Shown here one piece after another: positions 45,711 through 58,385 of a stretch of DNA of 64,000 nt. Where the stretch lies: contig JASTWF010000138.1 in NCBI GenBank assembly GCA_030390025.1, positions 372,001-436,000 of the forward strand, given 5' to 3'. Made by a program: the position numbers and the translations under genes. Source of the DNA: Squalus acanthias. Lineage: Eukaryota. Position 1 is the first letter of the stretch, and the number at the start of each line of letters is the position of its first letter. Under the pieces are notes generated by a model that was given only the letters and a program-made list of their open reading frames with translations, searched no databases and was not told the DNA's origin.

Positions 45711-48371
45711 AGATTAAAGCTCTGCAGTCCTGCCACATCCAGTCGTGAATGGCGGTGCACAATTAAACAACTAATGGGAGGAGGAGGCTCCATGAATATC
45801 CCCATCCTCAATGATGACGAAGCCCAGCAGGCGAGCGCAAAAGACAAGGCTGAAACATTTGCAGCCAGAAGTGCTGAGTGGATGATCACATCATCCCCAC
45901 GATCACAGAAGCCAATCCGATTCACTCCACGTGATATCAAGAAACGACTGAGCGCACTGGATACAGCAAAGGTTATGGGCCCTGACAACATTCCGGTTAT
46001 CGTGCTGAAGACTTCTGTTCCGGAACTAGCCAAGCTGTTTCAGTACAGCTACACAACTGGCATCTATCCGACAATGTAGAAAACTGCCCAGGTATGTCCT
46101 GTCCACAAAAAGCAGGACCCGGCCAATTACCGGCCCATCAGTCTACTCTCAATCATCAGAAAATTGATGGAAGGTGTCATCGACAGTGCTATCAAGCGGC
46201 ACCTTCTCACCGATGCTCACTTTGGGTTCCGCCAGGACCACTCGGCTCCAGACTTCATTAAAGCCTTGGTCCAAACATGGACAAAAGAGCTGAATTCCAG
46301 AGGTGAGGTGAAAACTACTGCCCTTGACATCAACGCAGCATTTGACCGAGTGTGGTATCAAGGAGCCCTAGTAAAACTGAAGTTAATGGGAATCAGGGGG
46401 GTAATGCTCCACTGGCTGAAGTCATACAAAGGAAGATGGTTGTGGTTGTTGGAGGTCAATCATCTCAGCCCCAGGTCATCGTTGCAGGAGTTCCTCAGGG
46501 CAGTGTCCTAGGCCTAACCATCTTCAGCTGCTCCATCATTGACCTTCCCTCCATCATAAGGTCAGAAGTGGGGATCTTCGCTGATGACTGCACAGTATTC
46601 AGCGCCATTCGCAACTCCTCAGATAAGGAAGCACTCCATGCCCGCATGCACCAAATCCTGGATGACATTCAGGCTTGGGCTGATAAGAGGCAAGTAACAT
46701 TGCGCCACACAAGTGCCAGGCAATGAATATCTCCAACAAGTGAGAGTCTAACCACCGCCCCTTGACATTCAACGTTATCACCATCAACATCCTGGGGGTC
46801 ACCATTGACCAGAAACTTAACTGGACCAGCCACATAAATACTGTGGCAACAAGAGCAGGTCAAAGGCTGAGTATTCTGCGGCGAGTGTCTCACCTCCTGA
46901 CTCCACAAAGCATTTCCACCATCTACAAGGCACAAGTAAGGAGTTTGATGGAATACTCTCCACTTGCCTGGATGAGTGCAGCTCCAACAACACTCAAGAA
47001 GCTCGTCACCATCCAGGACAAAGCAGCCCGCTTGATTGGCACCCCATCCACCACCTTAAACATTCACTCCCTCCACCACCGGCGTACCGTGGCTGCAGTG
47101 TGTACCATCTACAAGATGCACTGCAGCAACTCGCCAAGGTTTCTTCGGCAGCACCTCCCAAACCCGCGACCTCTTCCACCTAGAAGGACAAGGGCAGCAG
47201 GCGCATGGGAACACCACCACCTCCAAGTTGCCCTCCAGGTCACACACCATCCTGACTTGGAAGTATATCGTCGATCCTTCATCGACGCTGGGTCAAAATC
47301 CTGGAACTCCCTCCCTAACAGCACTGTGGGAGTACCTTCACCACACGGACTGCAGCGGTTCAAGAAGGCGGCTCACCACCACCTTCTCAAGGGCAATGAG
47401 GGATGGGCAATAAATGCTGGCCTGGTCAGAGACGCCCACATCCCATAAACGAATAAAAAAAAGACATACCGAAACCGTGTGTAGTTTGTTTCCTTTTCTG
47501 CACCACATTCTTTTCTAATATGAGTGAAAGTTGTAAGGACAGTTTTTCACGCACTGCTGGTGTTAAGCTGTTGTTAACGAGGACCCGCCCTACACCTCAC
47601 CCTGGGGGTTTGAACCCGCTCCCGCGCTCTGCTCCCGGGCACTTTAAGCAGATTTGCAGTAAATTGCTGAAAAGCGCCGCTCGGCTGTTCCCTCCATTTT
47701 CTCTCAGTGCAAATCCAAAATCTGAAAATTATGGAACCTTAAATTAATCATTACAGGCACAAAGAAGGTCAGAACTTACCAGATCGATTTTAAACAGCAC
47801 TTTAAATGCAAACCACAGGAGGGGTCGGTGTTTGAAATGATGTTTAAATTACAGGGAGAGTTTATTCTTTAAGTCTGTTAAATTGTTTGTTCATGAACAG
47901 CAGACGCCATCGTTCTAATATCACGGATCTATAAATCACTCAGACAACAGACGGGATCATTGTTAGTTCTTTAGTTCACTGACCCGTGAGAGAAAGCTCA
48001 CTGGAGTCACGGTTACCAGTGTCCTGACGGTATGGCGAACGGAATTCTAGAGAACGAATTGACCCCGGAATAAACCAAACCAATTAATAACCCTGTGCTT
48101 CCCGGTTACAATAACCAGAAAATGATCTCTTTTCCACCCCCGGTCTCTAAAAGCGGAACCATTCCCCTATAAGGACACTGACTGTAGCCCAGCTCGGGGT
48201 GTTTCCATTCACTGGCAGCCAGCTCACCACCTACCGGTCTCACAGCACCACTGGGGACACAAGGAAGTGAGGTGAGAGCATCCTGAGACACGACAGCAGA
48301 TTATTGAGGGCGGGGATTAGAACGGGTGTCTTCAAATATCCAACTCCCCTTTTACAGAGCGGAAAGCGACA

Positions 48372-48417
48372 ATGCGGCTACTCAGCATCTGGGCTGTGTG
48401 GGGGGCATTTCTGACAG
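48372..48417 (+). CDS. Leader exon of TCR delta/alpha V gene V4
   Basis: MRLLSIWAVWGAFLT with phase-1 donor AG|GTAATT, paralogous to the V2 leader. A GC box (GGGCGGGG) is at ~48308. Confidence 0.92.
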
Positions 48418-48528
48418 GTAATTGTGGACCAAACACATCTCATCTTTTCTCTCATTTCTGATATGATTTAAATCTGAATTTTAAACACCTGCCGGTCTGA
48501 TCTTTTCCTGTTTGAACATGTTTTTCAG

Positions 48529-48835
48529 ATCTGAGTCTTGGAGATTCTGTCACTCAGCCGCTGTCCTCAGGAGTTAAGACAGAAGGAGAAGCGGTGACTT
48601 TAAACTGTACCTATGATACTACACAGAGCGGCTATTATTTATACTGGTACCGGCAACACCCAGACACACAGCCCGAGTTTATACTGTGGAAACACTCGAG
48701 CGGTTCTGAAGATAAAGCAGATTTTGCTAAAACCCGTTTCTCTGCTGTGCTCCAGACCTCGACTAAATTCACCAGTTTAACCATCTCCGGGCTGCAGCTG
48801 ACTGACGCTGCCGTGTATTACTGCGCCCTGAGACT
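48529..48835 (+). CDS. TCR delta/alpha variable exon V4
   Basis: DLSLGDSVTQPLSSGVKTEGEAVTLNCTYDTTQSGYYLYWYRQHPDTQPEFILW...DKADFAKTRFS...LTISGLQLTDAAVYYCALR is a typical TRDV/TRAV framework. Confidence 0.96.
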
Positions 48836-48874
48836 CACAGTGATGGAAAGCAGTCTCAGCCCTGTACAAAAACT
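48836..48874 (+). other. RSS (23-bp spacer) of V4
   Basis: CACAGTG, 23 nt, ACAAAAACT (48866-48874). Confidence 0.96.
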
Positions 48875-49218
48875 GCCATTGGACTGTAGGGCGGAGCTCC
48901 TGTCTGTTGGGGTTGTGTGGAATCGCGGGCAGATGCAGCCACAATGTGCAGCGCGCTGTCAGGCGCTCAAACACACACCGAGAGGAAACCAAATTAACCT
49001 CGGATCAAACTGTCACCCAACTGTTTCCAGGAGCGGCCGAGAAAACAAACTGCAGAATCCAATCGGCCCGAAAGATCGATCACAGAATGAACCGACCGGT
49101 TAAACTGTCCTTTCTGCTTCTGATCAGCTGTTTTCCCTTAAAGTCATAGATCGATGTTCAGATCAGCTCCGAGAAAGAGGTTGCTGACAGCGCCAGGAAC
49201 TTCCTGCTGGTCGCTCCG

Positions 49219-50403
49219 TTTTTTTATTCGTTTATGGGATGTGGGTGTTCCTGGCAAGGCCAGCATTTATTGGCCATTCCTAATTGCCCTTGAGAAGGTG
49301 GTGGTGAGCCGCCATCTTGAACCGCTGCAGTCCGTGTGGTGATGGTACTCCCACAGTGCTGTTAGGGAGGGAGTTCGAGGATTTTGACCCAGGGACGATG
49401 AAGGATCGGTTATATATTTCCATGTCGGGTAGGTGTGTGACTTGGAGGGGAGCTTGGAGGTGGTGGTGTTCCCATGCGCCTGCTGCACTTGTCTTTCTAG
49501 GTGGAAGAGGTCGCGGGTTTGGGAGGTGCTGTCGAAGAAGCCTTGGCGAGTTGCTGCAGTGCATCTTGTAGATGGTACACACTGCAGCCACGGTACTCCG
49601 GTGGTGGAGGGAGTGAATGTTTAAGGTGGTGGATGGGGTGCCAATCAAGCGGGCTGCTTTGTCCTGGATGGTGTCAAACTTCTTGAGTGTTGTTGGAGCT
49701 GCACTCATCCAGGCAAGTGGGGAGTATTCCATCACACTCCTTACTTGTGCCTTGTAGATGTTAGAAAGGCTTTGGGGATTCAGGAGGTGAGATATTTGCC
49801 GCAAAATACCTAGCCTCTGACCTGCTCTTGTTGCCACAGTATTTATGGGGCTGGTCCAGTTAATTTTCTGGTCAATGGTGACCCCCCAGGATGTTGATGG
49901 CGTGGGATTCGGCAATGGTAATGCCGTTGAATGTAAAATTGCCGTGATTAGACTCTCGCTTGTTGGAGATAGTCATTGCCTGGCACTTGTGTGGCGCGAA
50001 TGTTCCCTGCCACTTATCAGCCCAAGCCTGAACGTTGTCCAGGTCTTGTTACATGCGGGCATGGACTGCTTCATTATCTGAGGAGTTGTGAATGGCACTG
50101 AACACAGTGCAGTCATCAGCGGACATTCCCATTTCTGACCTTATGTTGGAGGGATGTCATTGATGAAGCAGTTGAAGATGGTTGGGCCTAGGTCACTGCC
50201 CTGAGGAACTCCTGCAGCTATTTCCTGGGGCTGTGTTGATTGACCTTCAACCAACACAACCATCTTCCTTTGTGCTGGGTATGATTCCCGCCAGTGGAGA
50301 GTTTCACCCCAATTCCCATTGTCTTCAGTTTTACTAGGGCTCCTTGATGCCACACTCGGTCAAATGCTGCCTTAATGTCAAGGGCAGTCAATCTCACCTC
50401 ACC
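49219..50403 (-). mobile_element. 5'-truncated copy of the same LINE family as 43960-47462
   Basis: LDIKAAFDRVWHQG, GVPQGS, ATRAGQRLGILR...HHHLLKGN. The poly(A) end appears as a T-run at ~49219. Confidence 0.9.
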
Positions 50404-51459
50404 TATAGGACAGGATCTGGTTCCCATATTCTGCCTGTGTGTGTTATTTCTTTCAGTGTATTCCTTCGAACCCGGATATTTAATGAGCTCGGTCCGTGCT
50501 TCAGCTTTCCCTCTGGAGGCTGGTATAAATTGCCATTCAGTGGTTCAGTTGTATCACACCCTATCAATGATTAAAGCGGCCAATCAGGACAGAGTTTCCC
50601 ACAATGCACAGCGGACCAGAAAAGCTCCTTTGTCGACCACGGGCCGCGCTGCACAATGGGAGCACTGTTCGCACATGCGCCACTCGCCAACCGCGTTAAA
50701 AGTCGCTATCTGTATCTTTATCTCTGTCGCATATTTTCTCCTTTTTATTAAGAAAGGGAGACTTTTTCTTTCGTGGAAATTGAAGTCACACGTCACATCG
50801 CACGTCACACAAACATGGCCGCCGCCGCTTTGCCCTGCAGTGGATGACGCCACAATCCATTCTAAATGTCACAGTACTGTAATTGGCTGCTTTTCACATT
50901 CAGTCACGGACAGAGTCAGGGGCAGTCTACAGCGTCCACTCTAAGCTAAAGTGTTCCAGTTTGAGCAGTCTGTGACCCCTGACTCAGGGCTCCGACCACG
51001 GGGGAATGTATCACCCCGGGGCGTCTTAAAGGGGCCCTGCACCGCCAGAGAGTCCTCGAGCCTGGGGTCAGGACAGGGACGGGGAGACATAGTGATGGTT
51101 GCTAAAAGTAATTGTAGCTTAGAGGGGAGGGAGAGAGACTGCGGCAGAGACAATTTCAACACCAACTCCATCCATTCCCAAACTTCCTTCCGAGCCCTGC
51201 AGAAGGGCCGCTAATTCTTCCCTCCCTTACCCTGATGTGATATTCAAACACAAGAGACATCACGCCTGAACTCCGGGAGTTTCGAGGAAAAGCAGCGCCC
51301 CAGCAGAAGGAACATTCTGGAAGATACTCGGGCCTGGTCAGAAACCTCTGGAGATGTTCAGGTGGCCGGGAGGCTCCGAAAGAATCCGATAAGACGGTGA
51401 AGGAGGAGGAGCGAAACTTTAGTGAAACAGGGAGCGAAGGTCTGACGGTCACTGACGGA

Positions 51460-51720
51460 ACCCTGGAGTGATGTTCAGTGAGTTCGGGTAGATGGTATCA
51501 GAGGGCATTGAGCAGAGCAGCGAGAAATGATCCCTGGGGTGAAGTTCGGTGAGTTCAGGTAGATGGTATCAGAGGGAATGGAGCAGAGCAGGAAGATAGG
51601 ATCCCTGGGGTGATGTTCATTGAGTTCGGGTAGATGGTATCAGAGGGCATTGAGCAGAGCAGCAAGAAATGATCCCTGGGGTGAAGTTCGGTGAGTTCAG
51701 GTAGATTGAGCAGAGCAGGT
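51460..51720. repeat. ~70-bp tandem repeat x4 (two ~141-bp dimers)
   Basis: ccctgg.gtga.gttc..tgagttc.ggtagatggtatcagaggg.a..gagcagagcag repeated. Confidence 0.8.
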
Positions 51721-52773
51721 AGACAGGTCGTCAGGGATAAAGGAGACAGAGGGTCAGGGTTAATGTGTGTGGCTAAGATTGGAGAAGGGTTGGAACTGGT
51801 TACCACAGAGCTCGGCCTACTTTATTCCTCGGTCCGTGTGAAACATTTGGACTCGGGTCTCCTTTAAAGGGGCGAATCCAAAATAAAAATACATTCTATG
51901 GTGCCCACCCCGAGAGGACGGCTCCACTCGCACACTTGGCTGAACAAAACCAAAATGATGTTCCATAATAATAGAATTTTGCCCGTCTTTCATAAAACCT
52001 GTATTCAGCGGTGACCACCGGCCGCAGAAAGTTCCAAATGTACCTGTGGGCACCGCGTGATCCCTCACCTGCTCTCTATCAAATACAGTCTCTCCTTCTT
52101 TCCTCTCTGCCTTGGGCGTCTGAGTGTGTGTAAACAAAACAGATGGCGATAGAGTCTGTGTGTCAGTTCGGCCCAGTCTCTGGGAATCATTCCCAGTGTT
52201 TGTGCTTCCTGGTGTGCCTGTGTCAGATATCTAACCCATGCTGTACCTGCCCTGGGCGTGTTTGATGGGAAAGAAAGAAAAATAAAGACTTGCATTTATA
52301 TAGCGCCTTTCACGACCACCGGACGTCCCAAAGCGTTTCACAGCCAATTAAGTACTTTTTGAAGTGTAATCACTGTTGTAATGTAGGGACAGTGTAGAGG
52401 GAGATTTACTCTGCCATGTACTGTACTGTAGGGCTGTGATGGAGCAGAGCACTGCTCTTTAATAGAACCTGTCATGTGACTGTGACAGACCATAATATTA
52501 GAGGGGAGTGCGAGGTCGCTGTGCAGTCTTTCCGCCTCTGGGCCTTGACATGAAAAGTCAGGGGTAAAGGTGTCGTTATTCTGATGGGACACTGGGTGGC
52601 GCAGTGGCTCCTTAACGGGAGAGACTTGGGTTCAAATACAACCCAGACAGGACGGGTGAAAAATACCTGTCAGGGAAATAAAACAAAGTGTGATAGGCAA
52701 AAGGGAGCGGTGTGGAGGAGCCTTGGAGAAAGGAATTCAGCAAAGTCCAAGTTAGTTAATTTGTCATTCCAGA

Positions 52774-53151
52774 TTTATTAATAATTTCACAGAGAACAAT
52801 TTACAGAGAAGTTTAAAAAAACTTAACATCAAAGTGAATATAACAACTGAGCGTCACATTGAGACCAGAATACAGGCGTTCTGAGCTGCCAGTTATCTGT
52901 ACAACTGTAACAGGCACCAGGAGCTCAACATAAAGGGAAGGGAACAATCGTGGATTAGGAACGAGAAACGTTATTATTTACACATGAAACATTCAAACAA
53001 CTGTAAGATGCATTTACATTATGGTCACGATGATCTCAAACATTTCAAACACAGAGACGGAAATCCCGTTTATGATTTTCTCAGCTACAGATTCTGATCT
53101 ATTAACTGAAGGCATTTGACTCTGAGAATCACCAAGAGGACATATTTTATT
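52774..53151 (-). terminator. Candidate poly(A) signals of the membrane IgM transcript
   Basis: AATAAA on the - strand at 53151-53146 and 52779-52774, in AT-rich sequence 3' of TM2. Confidence 0.5.
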
Positions 53152-53213
53152 TTCATGACACAGAGATGTTAATAAACAAAGGAGGAAAATCCACGGCGTC
53201 CAAATTCAACCGT

Positions 53214-53222
53214 TCACTTCAC
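53214..53222 (-). CDS. IGHM: IgM heavy chain TM2 exon (VK*)
   Basis: ...ttgtcacAG|GTG AAG TGA completes the canonical K-V-K cytoplasmic tail in phase 0 with TM1. Confidence 0.8.
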   Translation of the reverse strand: MK

Positions 53223-53231
53223 CTGTGACAA

Positions 53232-56200
53232 TGAGTTCTCAGGTGACTGATGAGCCCAATGCGGGACCTACTGTCTCTGTCACAGGTGGGGCAGACGGTG
53301 GTTGAAGGGGCAGCTGGGTGGGGTGCTTGGGTTGACGTGCGCTCCTTCTGCTCTTTGCGCTTGGCTTCCACTTGCTCCCGACAAAGAGACTCGAGGTGTT
53401 CGGCGCCTTCACGGATGCTTCTCTCCACTTTGTGTGATCTTGGACCAGGGATTCCCAGGTATCGGTGGGGCTGTTGCACTTTTTCAAGGAGGCTTTGAGG
53501 GTGTCCTGGAAGCGTTTCCTCTGCCCACCTGGGGCTCTCTTGCCGTGTCGGAGCTCCGAGTAGAGCGCTTGTTTTGGGAGTCTCGTATCGGGCATGCGGA
53601 CGATGTGACCCGTCCATCGGAGCTGATCGAGCGTGGTCAAAGCTTCGATGCTGGGGATGTTGGCCTGAGCGAGCACACTGACGTTGGTGCGCCTATCCTG
53701 CCAATGGATTTGCAGGATCTTGCGGAGGTGCGTTGGTGGTAACTCTCCAGTGCTTTGAGGTGCCTGCTGTACATGGTCCATGTCTCTGAGGCATACAGCA
53801 GGGCGGGTATTACTGCTGCTCTGTAGACCATGAGCTTGGTGCTGGGTGTGTGGCCCTGGTCTTCAAACACTCTCTTCCTCAGGCGACCGAAGGCTGCACT
53901 GGCACACTGAAGGCGGTGTTGGTCTTCGTCATCGACGTCTGCCATTGTTGACAGTAGGCTGTCGAGGTATGGAAAGTGGTCCACGTTGTCCAAGGCCTCG
54001 TCATGGATTTTGATAATCAGGGGGCAGTATTGTGTGGCGAGGGCAGATTGGTAGAGGACCTTTGTCTTCCGGATGTTTAGTGAAAGGCCCATGCTCTCGT
54101 ATGCTTCGGTGAAGGTGTTGACGATAGTTTGGAGTTCGGCCTCAGAGTGAGCGCAGACGCAAGCGTCGTCTGCATACTGTAAATTCGATGACAGAGGATG
54201 GGACGACCTTGGATCTGGACTGGAGGCGACGGAGGTTGAACAGTTTTCCGTTTGTTCTGCAGATTAGCTCCACTCTAGCGGGGAGCTTACTGAGGGTGAG
54301 ATGGAGCATTGCAGCCAGGAAGATCGAGAAGCGCGTTGGTACGATGACACAGCCTTGCTTGATACGCTTCGTACGTGAATTAGGTCTGTGGTAGATCCGT
54401 TGGTCAGGATCCTGGCTTGCATGTCATCGTGAAGCAGGCGGAGGATGGTGACAAACTTTTGAGGGCAGCCGAATTTGCGGAGGATACTCCATAATCCCTC
54501 ACGGTTGACAGTGTCGAAGGCCTTTGTGAGGTCAAAGAAGGCCATGTACAGCGGTTGGTGCTGTTCCCTGCATTTCTCTTGTAATTGACGTGTGGTGAAG
54601 ATCATGTCCATTGTGCCTCTTAGTGGGCGGAATCCTCATTGCGACTCTGGGAGGAGTTCTTCAGCCACTGGGAGAAGGCGATTGAGGAGGATTCTTGCGA
54701 TGACTTTCCTTGTGGCAGTCAGCAGGGAGACTCCTCTGTAATTACCGCAATCGGACTTGTCACCTTTCTTGAGGATGGTCACCATTACGGCATCTTTGAG
54801 ATCCACAGGCATGCTCTCCTTCTTCCAAATAAGAGAAATGAGTTCATGTATTCGCGCCAATAGTGTTTCTCCGCCATGCTTCAGCGCCTCGGTGGGGATT
54901 CCATCTGCTCCTGAGGCCTTGTTGTCCTTCAGTTGTCGGATGGCCTTTTCAACCTCATGCCAGGCTGGGGTTGTGCTGAGGTGGTTGCGGGTAGCGTGCT
55001 GCTGGATGGAGTTGAGGACACTCGCTTCGAAGACAGAGTCTCGGTTAAGGAAATCTTCGAAGTGCTCCTTCCAGTGGGCACTGACTGCCTCTCTATCCTT
55101 GATGAGTACCTCTCCGTTCTTGGCCCACAGTGGGGTAGGGCCTTGGGTGCTTGGGCCGTAGATGGTCTTGACTGTGCTAAAGAATCTACGCACGTCGTGA
55201 TTGTCGGCTAGCTGCTGGATCTCCTGCGCTTTCTCCACCCACCATCTGTTCTTTAGGTCGCGAGTTTTTGTTGGACCTCGGCCTTCAGGCGTCTGTAGAG
55301 CTGCTTTCTTGCTCTCTTGTTCTGTTTCTGCTTCCAGATCAGGAATGCCTTGCGCTTGCGGCTTATTAGCTCCTGGATCTCCTGGTCGTTCTCGTCGAAC
55401 CAGTCTTGGTGTTTCCTGGTCGAGTGACCGAGTGTCTGTTCACATGTGCTGATTATGGAGGCCTTGAGTGCAGACCAAGCGCTGTGGACACTTTTGTCTC
55501 TGCATTACTGGGAGCCGTCACGTTGTTTTTGAGGCGCAGCCTGAATAGGGCTTTCTCAGCAGGGTGTTTGAGTGCTCCAGCGTTGATTTTCCTGCGCCAT
55601 TATTTCTGTTGCTGACGCTGTTTTGGGGCTACATTGATGGAGATGACAGAGCAGATTAGGCGGTGGTCTGTCCAGCAGTCGTCAGCTCCTGTCATGGCGC
55701 GGGTGATATGGACATCCTTGCTTGGACGATGATGTAGTCCAGCAGATGCCAGTGCTTGGACCGAGGGTGTTGCCTTGAAGCCTTGTACCTGTCTCTCTGA
55801 CGGAACAAAGTGTTGGTTTTGACAAGGCCAGGTTCTAAGCATTTCGTCAGGAGGGTACCGTTGGAGTTGGCTTTCCCTACCCCTTCTCTGCCGATCACAC
55901 CTCCCCAGAGGTCTGTGTCCTTTCCAACTCTGATGTTGAAGTCGCCGAGGAGGATCAGCTTGTCGCCCTTTGGGACTCGGGACAGGGATTGTTGGAGACT
56001 GAAGTACACTTCCTCTTTGGTCTCCTCTGTGGCTTCCAGTGTTGGGGCGTATGCACTGATGACCGTAGCGCACTGATTCTGGGCTAGGGTGAGCCGTAGA
56101 GTCATGAGGTGTTTGTTTATTCCGCAGGGGGAGTCTCTGAGACATTCAACTAGTTCATTTTTTATGGCGAAGCCTATCCCATGGAGACGGCGTTCTTCTT

Positions 56201-56640
56201 CAGGTTTGCCTTTCCAGAAGAAGGTGTAACCACCACCTTGCTCCTTGAGCTGGCCTTCCCCTGCCCACCGGGTCTCGCTTAGGGCGGCGATGTCCATGTC
56301 GAAACGTCTTAGCTCCCGGGCAACAATAGCAGTACGGCCTTCCAGTCTGTCACTGTTGGGGTTGTCCATGAGAGTCCTGACGTTCCAGGACCCGAACTTC
56401 ATTTTAAAGGGTGGAAAATGCCTGTGCGTGAATTCTTTTAACGTGGGGTGGCCATTGCACACCAGCTACCACACGGGCTTGACAAAGCAAGGTCTTGGTC
56501 CAATGGAAAGGGGATCCAAGACGATTGGAGACCAGGCTCTGCTACATCGGCCGAGCACACACACACAAACATACTCCAACTGCCCTCCTCCCTCCTCCCG
56601 CAGGTCCTCTCTGCCTGGGTTTCACACGCTGCAGTGTGGT
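53232..56640 (-). mobile_element. Near full-length RTE (BovB-like) LINE, frameshifted
   Basis: KFGSWNVRTL...IAALSETR...GYTFFWKG, LGDFN, GADGIP, NYRGVSLL, FFDLTKAFDTV, QYADD, QLRWTGHIVRM, C-terminal CPTC...GLISHLRTH. Confidence 0.93.
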
Positions 56641-56674
56641 CCCCCCGACCCCGCTGCTGGTCCACGCTGCGCCA

Positions 56675-57090
56675 CTCCTGGGCCTCGACCTCGCTGCTGG
56701 GCTCGTCCTCGCTCCTGGGCCTCGTCCTCGCTCCTGGGTCCCGACCTCGCTCCTGGGCCCCGTTCTCGCTCCTGGGTCCCGACCTCGCTCCTGGGCCTAG
56801 ATCTCGCTCCTGGGCTCCGTACTCGTCCCTGGGCCTCGTCCTCGCTCCTGGGCCTCGACCTCGCCCCTGGGTCTTGTCCTCGCTCCTGGGTCCCGACCTC
56901 GCTCCTGGGCCTCGACCTCGCTCCTGGGTCCCGAACTCGCTCCTGGGCCTCGTTCTCGCTCCTGGATCCCGTCCTCCTTTTAGTGTGTCTCCTTCCAGTG
57001 AGTGTGTCCCGCGGTGCGTCTCCTTCCAGTGAGTGTGTCCCACGGTGCGTCTCCTTCCAGTGAGTGTATCCCGCGGTGCGGCTCCTTCCA
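56675..57090. repeat. 19-bp GC-rich repeat (~15 copies) followed by a 31-bp repeat x3
   Basis: ctcgctcctgggcctcgac-type units at 56675-56970 and tccttccagtgagtgtgtcccgcggtgcgtc at 56985-57090. Confidence 0.85.
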
Positions 57091-57098
57091 CTTCTCAC

Positions 57099-57226
57099 CT
57101 TCACGAGAGTGACGGCAGTGCTGTAGGAAATGCTCAGGACGAACAGGATGATGAATGTGGAAGCGGTTGTCCAGATGTTGCCGTTCTCTTCCTCATAGTC
57201 TTCAATCGAGATGTGGTCTGAGGAAT
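57099..57226 (-). CDS. IGHM: IgM heavy chain TM1 exon
   Basis: Acceptor catccccgtAG, then (D)SSDHISIEDYEEENGNIWTTASTFIILFVLSISYSTAVTLVK, then donor AAG|GTGAG. It has the acidic spacer and the WTTASTF...YS Ig TM signature. Not in the ORF track. Confidence 0.95.
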
Positions 57227-57869
57227 CTACGGGGATGTAGTGGCGGAAATATATTAAGATCGTTTATTAATCCAAGATATCATATTATTATTATATATTC
57301 TCCTTTCTTTTCCTTAAGTTATTAGTTTGTTCTCTAATTTAATTTTTAATGTGTCTCTTGTGTTAATTTAATCACTCTCAGCAATCTATCTCTGTTCCTA
57401 ACTCCACAGCCGATCTTCCTTTATGATCCTCCTATAGTCCGTGTTGGACAATATGACATTTTTTCTTCAATGACATACGCAAATTGATTTTGCATTAATT
57501 TCGTACGATTTATCAGTCGGGAATAATATGATAAAATATCGAGGGATGTTTACTGACTAAAATCGATTATTTTAACGACAGGTTTTTATAGATAGTTATT
57601 TGGAGACTGTCAAGGGAGCTGGGAAAGAGATCAGATGTGAGTTATAATCTTGCTTATTTGTTTCTTATGGCAATGCTCTGAACATAATTAACTTGTATCA
57701 GTTTCCAACAAGAACATTGATTCAGTGTATGTGTAGGACCAGAATAGAGAAATGTGAGATGTTACGTTATGAGGAATTATTTATTCAGTACAATCGTTGA
57801 AGACTGTGTCCGTAAAAACTGCATTTTAATTCTACATTCGTCGATAGCCTGACGTTTTTTGGGCGCTTT

Positions 57870-58385
57870 AGTGATTGTGTTTGTGTGTATGACGAACTTT
57901 TGTTTTGGATTAGTCTGAGTTTCTGTGTTAATGTGTGTGTTGATGTGTAAGTGTGTGTGTATTTATGTTTAAGTGTGTGCGTGTTTTGTATAAGTGTTTG
58001 TCTATATTTACGTGTCAGCACGTGCGTATTTAGGTGCAACTGTGTGTGTTTGCCTGTATGTGTGTGTGTTTGTGTGTAATTGTGTATGTGTTTATGCAAG
58101 CGTGTGTGTGTGAATGCGTGTGTTTGTGTGTGTTTTGTGTAATTGTGTGTGTGTATTTTTGCTATTGTTCAAAGTTTCAGAGAGTACCAATAACTGGGTC
58201 TGATAATGACGCTGTGTATTGTATTCTGGGTATGTGTAATATACGGTGTCAGTGTGTTAATGTGTGTGTTTGTGTGTAAATCTGTGTGTGCTTGTGTGTA
58301 AGTGTGCACTTACAATAAACACACATACTTACACAAAATCGCAAACACACTTACACATAAACACAGACACACTCACTTTACACGC
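57870..58385. repeat. Degenerate (TG)n tract followed by an inverted (CA)n tract
   Basis: TG-rich to ~58300, CA-rich from 58305 to 58385, centred on tgtaagtg-tg-cacttaca. Confidence 0.8.

Larger units (their letters stand above)
43960..47462 (+). mobile_element. Near full-length APE+RT non-LTR retrotransposon (clade not determined), decayed, with two nested insertions
   Basis: Endonuclease GDFNVH/DHH, RT KVMGPDNIP, YRPISLLS, LDINAAFDRVW, GVPQGSVLG, FADDC. Ends in ...cccacatcccataaacgaat(A)n. Confidence 0.88.

Noticed and set aside
3711-48835. V1-V4 as NAR-TCR supporting Vdelta or as IgH V
   Set aside because: All four have their own leader exons, no extra CDR1 Cys, and TCR-type rather than IgHV-type (WVRQ..GKGLEW, YYCAR) frameworks.
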